Positions 47,923-53,729 of a stretch of DNA of 53,729 nt are shown here, piece after piece; the first letter of the stretch is position 1; each line of letters opens with the position of its first letter. The notes beneath the pieces are model-generated. The model searched no databases. It was not told where the DNA came from and saw nothing but the letters and a program-made list of their open reading frames with translations. Source of the DNA: Pelomyxa schiedti (lineage: Eukaryota; Protista; Evosea); the NCBI GenBank assembly GCA_020536535.1, contig JAHLWZ010000290.1:3171-56899 (forward strand), in the 5' to 3' direction. The position numbers and the translations under genes are program-made.

Positions 47923-49758
47923 ATGACAGGCTGCCACAAGACCTTTGTTGTAGCAGTGTTGGTGGCCGTTCTGGTGGGTAGTTGTTGGTCACTTGACCCT
48001 GTGTGTGACACCACACGTGAATGGAGGGACGATTTGACCAGCAAGGTGCTGTCTACGTTGGTTGACAAGTACGGATACAGTGTGGCCGACCAGGGCATGT
48101 ATTACTACAACAAAGTCACTTCGTTTGGTGCAAGTGGTGAACAGGCCTATGGCGTATGTGTACATGTTGGCTTGGGCTGTTCACTGCATCTAACTTTCTT
48201 TTTTTTTTTTTTTTTTTTCTTCTTTACAGCTGTACAACCTTTCAAGGAGCATTATGCTTTGGGATGAATACCCAATTTGGAGGCAGTTGGGGAATGAGGC
48301 TATAATCTTTGTGGGTTGTACTCCTCCTCCTGCAAGGTTGCTTCTGATCCCTTATGGGTCACGCTAAAAATCACGCAGATATTTTGGGTGGCGGTCCTAC
48401 TTGCTATCCGACCCTCTTATTCGTTCACCTTTCACTAGAGGAGTCGATCCTGTGGTAAACTTATGTTATAACACCATTATGACCTTATATTGTCCAGCCT
48501 TGGACTGCTCTAGGTGATGTTTTGAATCAGTTTGTGATGGAAACTACACAAGGCACTAATTCATTCTCATCCACAATGGCCGTAGTAACTGTTGCGGACG
48601 GGTGTGTACCCTGTAGCACTTACATTATCTCATTTCTTGATTTTGTGCAGCACAACAGAAAGCGTAATCAAACAGGCTTTTCTTGACAACGGATTTCCTT
48701 ATGTCAATTCTGACAATATGCCCGGCCAATACATTGAATTTGGCCTCGAAAGTCCATCAGACACCTTCTTAATGGAGAATAGGTACGCATTCTTGTAAGT
48801 ATATTAGTATTTATTCCTTGTACAGAGTCTCCTGCTTCATAGATTCAGATCAGGGAGCATATTACCTCAACACAACGGCACCCATTTATTTGGTGAGACC
48901 GCCTTCCACTCAGGGGCTTAACCTGTACCCCCTGTTGGAGTACCGATCAACAGAAACTGGGATGGATGGTGTGCTAACTTCCAAAATGGAACCCCTTCTA
49001 AGAGGAATCACAGAGTCCTACCTAGAATCCAGTCTGGATCAGCTAGCGTCCCAAGTGGAACAATACTGGAACAACAAAAGATATAGACTCGTATCTACGA
49101 CCTTAATGGAATGGTGAGGCCCCAAAACAACCTAATATATCAAGAGTTAACAACAATTCCTCAACTCTAACCAGTACAACTAAACTAAGTGAACTAAATG
49201 TAGATAGAAGCAGTCACAAAAACACCACACACTGGACCCTAACTAACACTTACATTCCATAGGAAACCCGAAAACTGGACGGACTGCCTCATCAACCACG
49301 AATTCTGTGGCGGGATATCAACAGATGCCACATATGGTCATCTCCCGCGCCCCCTTATCGAGAACTACTTCGACAGCTCGTCGGACCGCTTCTACGTCTT
49401 CGTCGGAATCTCGCACTACAACGCCGGCCGCCGGGCGCAGTACACGTCGCTGGAGCTGTACAACGCCATGTACGTGCAGGTCGCGGGCGCCAGCGACGTG
49501 GCGTACAACCTCAGCGCGCGGGCGTACGAGCCCCCCGACGTGTCGTACGCGGACCAGATGTTCGCCGTCAGGTTCGCGAGGCGATGCGATGATGACGCCG
49601 CAACGTTCTGCGTGGAGGTACGGGAGGACGCACTGCCCGACGGCGACAAGTTCATGGCTTGGTCGAGGGCGTACCTCAGTCCTTACAGCTACACGCAACC
49701 CGATCCTGACGAGATCCTGTTCCCTCGAATGTTGCACTTCACCAAAATCCTTGGATAA
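47923..49758 (+). CDS. Secreted protein of unknown function (signal peptide MTGCHKTFVVAVLVAVLVGSCWS); about 7-8 exons. The last exon, 49263..49758, is strikingly GC-rich.
   Basis: Exon 1 is 47923..48153 with a GTATGT donor. Exon 2 starts at 48230 after a (T)22 tract (LYNLSRSIMLWDEYPIWRQLGNEAIIFV). Further exons are ..DILGGGPTCYPTLLFVHLSLEESIL(W), ..DVLNQFVMETTQGTNSF.., ..TTESVIKQAFLDNGFPYVNSDNMPGQYIEFGLESPSDTFLMENR and 48818..49113 (..YWNNKRYRLVSTTLMEW). The junction 49113|49263 (TG+G) recreates a Trp codon in frame, linking to KPENWTDCLINHEFCGGISTDATYGHLPRPLIENYFDSSSDRFYVFVGISHYNAGRRAQ... stop at 49758. Confidence 0.55.
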
Positions 49759-50207
49759 AAAAAATTACAGGGAAGGGCTCCTCAACTTGGTTTTTTTCAC
49801 ATAACAGCTGGAAATAATCAACGGACCGAACGCTGTCATTTTCGTTATCGTCGCTCAGGATCGGTGGTCTGGAATTTTTTTTATGCAGCCAATTGTAGTC
49901 CATGGTACGGATTTTTGCAATGAGTCTTATGTGCCTAGGGTTCAAATTCCTACCGTGAAGTAGTCCCAAAGCCCTCACCTGCAGCAACTCGTGGTGTGCA
50001 AAGGCAAAGTACGACGGCTTATCGTCCCACAATACCACCCCGTTCTACACCATCCAATTTTCTTGGGGTGGGGTCTTTAAAAGCTTCATACCCAAGTGAA
50101 ATGGCTATTGCCAATGGTAGTAGTATTAATGACAATACGATTTCTGCAGCCTGTTAGGAATACTTCAAGAATAATTGTTCACTGACAACCAACTTTCAGC
50201 GGCACTT

Positions 50208-51129
50208 ATGTCAATGTCAACCAGCCAAGATTTGCCTCAGCCAACTGGCAGCTCCAAGCCACTCTTGGAAACAGCTCCACTATCTGCTCAGTTGAGTGCA
50301 ACACAAAGGGCATTTCAAATTCAAACAGCTAATACCGAGCAAGTGTGTTCCTGGCTTGCACCACTCGGGATGGATGACGATTACCTGAAGATCATTAAAG
50401 CAATCAAAATCAGAGGAAGAACGCTTGCCAATTACTCTGCGCAGCAATTGTGTGGTCTCGTTGTTGGGGATGCAGAATTCATTGTTGATGAAGTAAAAGA
50501 CCATTTGGCAAGATATCAAGAGTCGATAGGCGCCAGCCAAAAGCCACGTGGTATGATAGAGCAACTCCCTAGACTCGTGGGAGTAGTACCTCTGTATAGT
50601 GCCTCGCGTTTGTTGTTGGAAATGAATCTTATGGAAAGAATATCCGCAAAAACGATCAATGATTCAGAATCTGTTAGTGAGGTTTCTTCATTTCCAAATA
50701 AGTGTCTTTTTTACATTGACGACAATGTAGTTCTTGAAGAAGAAATGTAATTTTGAAGCTACCTGCCACAACAACGTCCCGAATCTCAGCGAGTTTGAGA
50801 GCAATTTGCGAGAATTCCAAAAGAAGCTTAGCAAAGAAAAAAGGGAACGGCAAGGTTTGCCTGCTCCTTTTTCTTATGTCGAACTTGGGGCTGACACCCG
50901 GCATCAGATTGCCAGCCTATTTTATTTTGCTGGGTATGGAAGGCAAGTAGCAGGACACAACTTCCTGCTGATGACAGATGACGAGACTGGTGAGAATGAT
51001 TTCGAGGAGACCACCTATGATCTCATGGAGCTACAAGCACCGACGCTTGGCACTGTGATAGACGGAATGAAGAAACACTCCGACCTAACAATCGGCATTA
51101 TTGGCTTGAAGCCAATCCAACGACTATAA
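50208..51129 (+). CDS. SAM (sterile alpha motif) domain protein with an unidentified C-terminal domain of about 115 aa; join(50208..50746,50790..51129).
   Basis: SAM-like EQVCSWLAPLGMDDDYLKIIKAIKIRGRTLANYSAQQLCGLVVGDAEFIVDEV. A GTAATT donor at 50747 and a 43-nt intron to cccgaatctcag| join ..NVVLEEE-I-EFESNLREFQKKLSKEKRERQGLPAPFSYVELGADTRHQIASLFYFAGYGRQVAGHNFLLMTDDETGENDFEETTYDLMELQAPTLGTVIDGMKKHSDLTIGIIGLKPIQRL stop. Confidence 0.45.
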
Positions 51130-51874
51130 GGGTGCTTTCAAGGTGACACTCAGCCCTTTAAGATTCAACACACTGATTTTCTTAAATTAAAGACTCGAGG
51201 GTCGACGACTGAACTAGCATTGACAAAAGAAGATTTCCGGGCTGTGTGAAATGTGGTGTATCCAACAAGCCCAGCTTTTCTCCAGACTTCCACTGCCCAA
51301 CCAGCGGAACCGCGGATTCTTCACTGGTCACTCCCTTGAAGGTTGCTTTTGTTTCGCACATTCCAACTGGCTTACATCACAGTTATAGTTGTCGACAATG
51401 CAGAACCGGCACATCCTGGAATGATCTCGAGTACGCCATCACTCATAAAGTGCAGATTCAATAGGTATGCTTTGCTCTCTTATGAGGTCAAGGCATTGTG
51501 TTGCTTGTGCTAATACATGGATATTTTAAGATATCTTCAGCTTCATAGATTTCAGCCTTTTTTTTTTTTTTTTGAAAGGAGTTGCGCATAGAACGCAAAC
51601 CCCATCTAAACAAAAATTACACTGCTGGGCTCCCTTGCGGGATCCATACTGCAACCTCAGACTAGAGTGCTAAGTCCGAGGCTACAACAGCACACCAGTC
51701 CTTATTGATCAACGGTATGCACAGTCAGGTATGTATGAAGGAACACTTTGTCCTGTTGGGCGGTGAAATACCCCCGGTCCCTCCATCTGGGTTATGGGAA
51801 ACCCTGGAAATTACCCATAAGGGCAAAAAACCCGGGCGGGTGAAATTGCGATCACACTGAGGTGGAAAACCTTC

Positions 51875-52033
51875 ATACTTACCTGGTACTCACAGACGCT
51901 GATCAATGAGGGCGTTTTGTGTGTTGACGATCCCATTCCTGCACTCTGAGTGGGTTGTTGGCATGAGTCTCCGCAAGGGGATATCTAGTACACAATTTTT
52001 TCTAGTGGGGTGCGCGATTCTTCGCCGCCCTCC
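51875..52033 (+). ncRNA. U1 spliceosomal snRNA gene.
   Basis: The 5' end ATACTTACCTG is the invariant 5'-splice-site-pairing sequence. Stem-loop I loop CUGAUCAAUGAGG resembles the U1-70K site (GAUCACGAAGG). Stem-loop II loop AUUCCUGCACUCUG resembles the U1A site (AUUGCAC). An Sm site ACAAUUUUUUCUAGUGG and a terminal GC-rich hairpin GGGGUGCGCG..CGCCGCCCUCC are followed by a TTTTGT-rich region. A repeated GGGCGG(G)TGAAAT motif lies 40-110 nt upstream. Confidence 0.75.
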
Positions 52034-52215
52034 TTTTGTAAACTCAAAATAACAAGTGCCTTACTTCGGGTTGCGTTGGTTTCCGTGGTGTTGTTCTCTT
52101 TAGATTGTTAGCTCCTCAGAGTCTAAGAGAATTTTCTTGTCAACACAGTGATCAGGGTCTGAAATTTTCTTTTTTTTTTCGTGATCCAGTAAATAATCAG
52201 TGAGGTGACAGCGGG

Positions 52216-52821
52216 CATGGCGGCACGAAGCAGAGCAAATGTACGTCCAATTAACATTTACCACCAACCCTCGTAACGCGCAATGTCGAAGATCTTATTT
52301 GTATAAAACGAAACCCAACAAACCAACAACCAAAGCAAGCCAGGTTACCCCCCGAAGTCAACCGCATTTTGTTCGTGCGTAACTTGCCGTGGAAAATCAC
52401 GTCGGAGGAGATGTACGATATTTTTGGGAAATACGGCGCCATAAGACAAATCAGAGTGTATGCCTCACGCTTTACTCTACTAACATCTGCTTCATTTCGC
52501 GTTTGCTTTATGTTCGATACCAATATTACACACCATTAACCGCCAAAACCCACCTCTTACAGGGGAAATTCTTCTGACACTCGCGGTACAGCTTTTGTTG
52601 TATACGAGGATATCTATGATGCGAAAAACGCTGTTGATCACTTGTCTGGCTTCAATGTTTGTGGGAGATACCTCATCGTTCTGTACTTCAACCAAAACAA
52701 AATGACCAAGAAAACGGACTTGCAAAAGAAAAAGCAAGAGGTGGAGGCCCTCAAAGAGAAGTATGGCATGGATGAATCCGCAGCCAAGAAAGACACAGTG
52801 GCACCAAGTGCTGTGGATTAA
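52216..52821 (+). CDS. SF3B6: Splicing factor 3B subunit 6 (SF3b14a/p14), an RRM protein; most likely join(52216..52239,52336..52457,52563..52821).
   Basis: [48 protein letters not shown](V)|[74 protein letters not shown]... is nearly colinear with human SF3B6 ([93 protein letters not shown]...). GTACGT donor at 52240, GTATGC donor at 52458, acceptor ttacag at 52562. Confidence 0.85.
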
Positions 52822-53191
52822 GCTTCTTCCTCTTTCAAAGGCCATTCACTCACATCTCCTGTACGTTGTCCAAGGCAGAAAACAAAACTATAATCACACT
52901 ACCTTGCCTCTCACCTTTCACTATGCCATTCCCACATTACCAAAGCCGAATCAAAATAAATAGGCACAGTTAATCGACCATTTCACTTGTTCTTTTTTAT
53001 CTCTTGTTTGTTGTGGCGAGACATGCGGCACTCGCCACATTGGTCTTTTGCTTCTGTGGAGTATATTTAGCTGTATGAACAGTCAAACTGATCTTTTTCC
53101 TTGAATGCAAAAGTGAAGAACAACGCTTGTTGTTGGTTCAACATGTTTCCGAGGTGACGAGAAAATTCCTTTTCGAAAAACTCGACGAGAG

Positions 53192-53729
53192 ATGGGACAA
53201 GCAGTGGGCACCCGTACCGGAAAAAGTAATTACCAGAACAACCAGGACAGCATCATCCCATTCGTGAAGGACAACGAGCTCCTCGCAGCGGCGGCCAAGG
53301 CCCAAGCCATCAAATTGTCCTGGTTGGTCTCTCGGACACCCGTGGGCCATGAGGAGGATGCTTGTTGGGCGCGCTCGTCGGGATTTTCCCTCAACGTGTT
53401 GTTTGTTTGTGCGTCTCTGGGACACCTCGAGGAGCTGATGACTGTGTACAATGCCTGGCACGAAACTCGTTGGTGGGAGGATCGCTTGGCACCTTCCGAG
53501 TGCAAATGGAACCAGTGGGATCCAGGGACCCCTTTGGCTTGTGCAGTGAACGAGGGGCACGTGCAAGTGGCGAGGTTCTTGATGGAAAAGTGTGGCCAAC
53601 GTCCGGAGAGCTGGTGCACTCTGGATGGAAAAAAGGTCACGGCTCTTCATTTGTGTGTTCAAAAGCAGCTGTTGGAGCTCATTGACCCGATTCTACAATC
53701 CGTTGGTGATCTGAAAAGGAGGGTTGATC
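53192..53729 (+). CDS. Third paralog (5' part, truncated by the window end) of the N-myristoylation-motif ankyrin family, in inverted orientation relative to the tandem pair.
   Basis: MGQAVGTRTGKSNYQNNQDSIIPFVKDNELLAAAAKAQAIKLSWLVSRTPVGHEEDACWARSSGFSLNVLFVCASLGHLEELMTVYNAWHETRWWEDRLAPSECKWNQWDPGTPLACAVNEGHVQVARFLMEKCGQRPESWCTLDGKKVTALHLCV... aligns residue by residue with the N-termini of the genes at 27918 and 30169. Confidence 0.7.
   Translation, partial: MGQAVGTRTGKSNYQNNQDSIIPFVKDNELLAAAAKAQAIKLSWLVSRTPVGHEEDACWARSSGFSLNVLFVCASLGHLEELMTVYNAWHETRWWEDRLAPSECKWNQWDPGTPLACAVNEGHVQVARFLMEKCGQRPESWCTLDGKKVTALHLCVQKQLLELIDPILQSVGDLKRRVD

Noticed and set aside
49307-49804. Plus-frame ORF MAGYQQMPHMVISRAPLSRTTSTARRT... 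(165 aa) and minus ORF 49318..49737 (139 aa).
   Set aside because: They are alternative frames of the GC-rich terminal exon. The frame with G/C at third positions that splices in phase to the upstream exons (KPENWTDCLINHEF...) is preferred.
53138-53662. Minus-strand ORFs of 174 aa and 136 aa.
   Set aside because: They are antisense to the third ANK-family paralog, whose plus-strand frame aligns residue by residue with the two tandem paralogs.

Overview
This 53.7-kb window is compact eukaryotic nuclear DNA, not prokaryotic. GC is about 42%, interrupted by a few ~0.5-kb islands of 60-70% GC. Coding regions are split by many very short GT-AG introns (about 43-150 nt) with pyrimidine-rich acceptors. 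I could support at least 24 protein-coding genes on both strands plus one U1 spliceosomal snRNA gene, roughly one gene per 2.2 kb. I found no rRNA, tRNA, CRISPR, or obvious transposon. From memory-based homology and motifs I recognise, in order: the 3' end of a class III nucleotidyl cyclase; a tRNA-binding (EMAP/Myf) domain gene; an NWD1-like NLR (DUF4062-NACHT-WD40); an upstream S/T/P-rich ankyrin-repeat gene; an ARF-like GTPase with a degenerate G3 motif; RCE1 CAAX protease; an RI-type LRR gene with a GC-rich Pro-rich last exon; several small or orphan ORFs; an NHL+Sel1-repeat gene; a tandemly duplicated family of N-myristoylation-motif ankyrin proteins with a Cys-rich C-terminal module (a third inverted copy sits at the window end); an EF-hand gene; a secreted beta-propeller-like protein; a LIM-domain gene; nucleoporin gp210/NUP210; xanthine dehydrogenase/aldehyde oxidase; a secreted multi-exon gene whose last exon is GC-rich; a SAM-domain gene with an unknown C-terminal domain; U1 snRNA; and SF3B6/p14. 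The overall impression is an NLR/ankyrin/LRR/SAM-rich, innate-immunity-like neighbourhood embedded among housekeeping genes. All exon boundaries were derived by eye from splice consensus and frame continuity and are approximate unless stated. The supplied ORF track is not exhaustive: it requires a start codon, so internal exons (for example the NACHT P-loop exon) are absent, and it also omits a 108-codon ATG ORF at 52216-52539. Lineage cannot be assigned from sequence alone. The very short introns, gene density and NLR-type content are compatible with a compact invertebrate or unicellular opisthokont genome.
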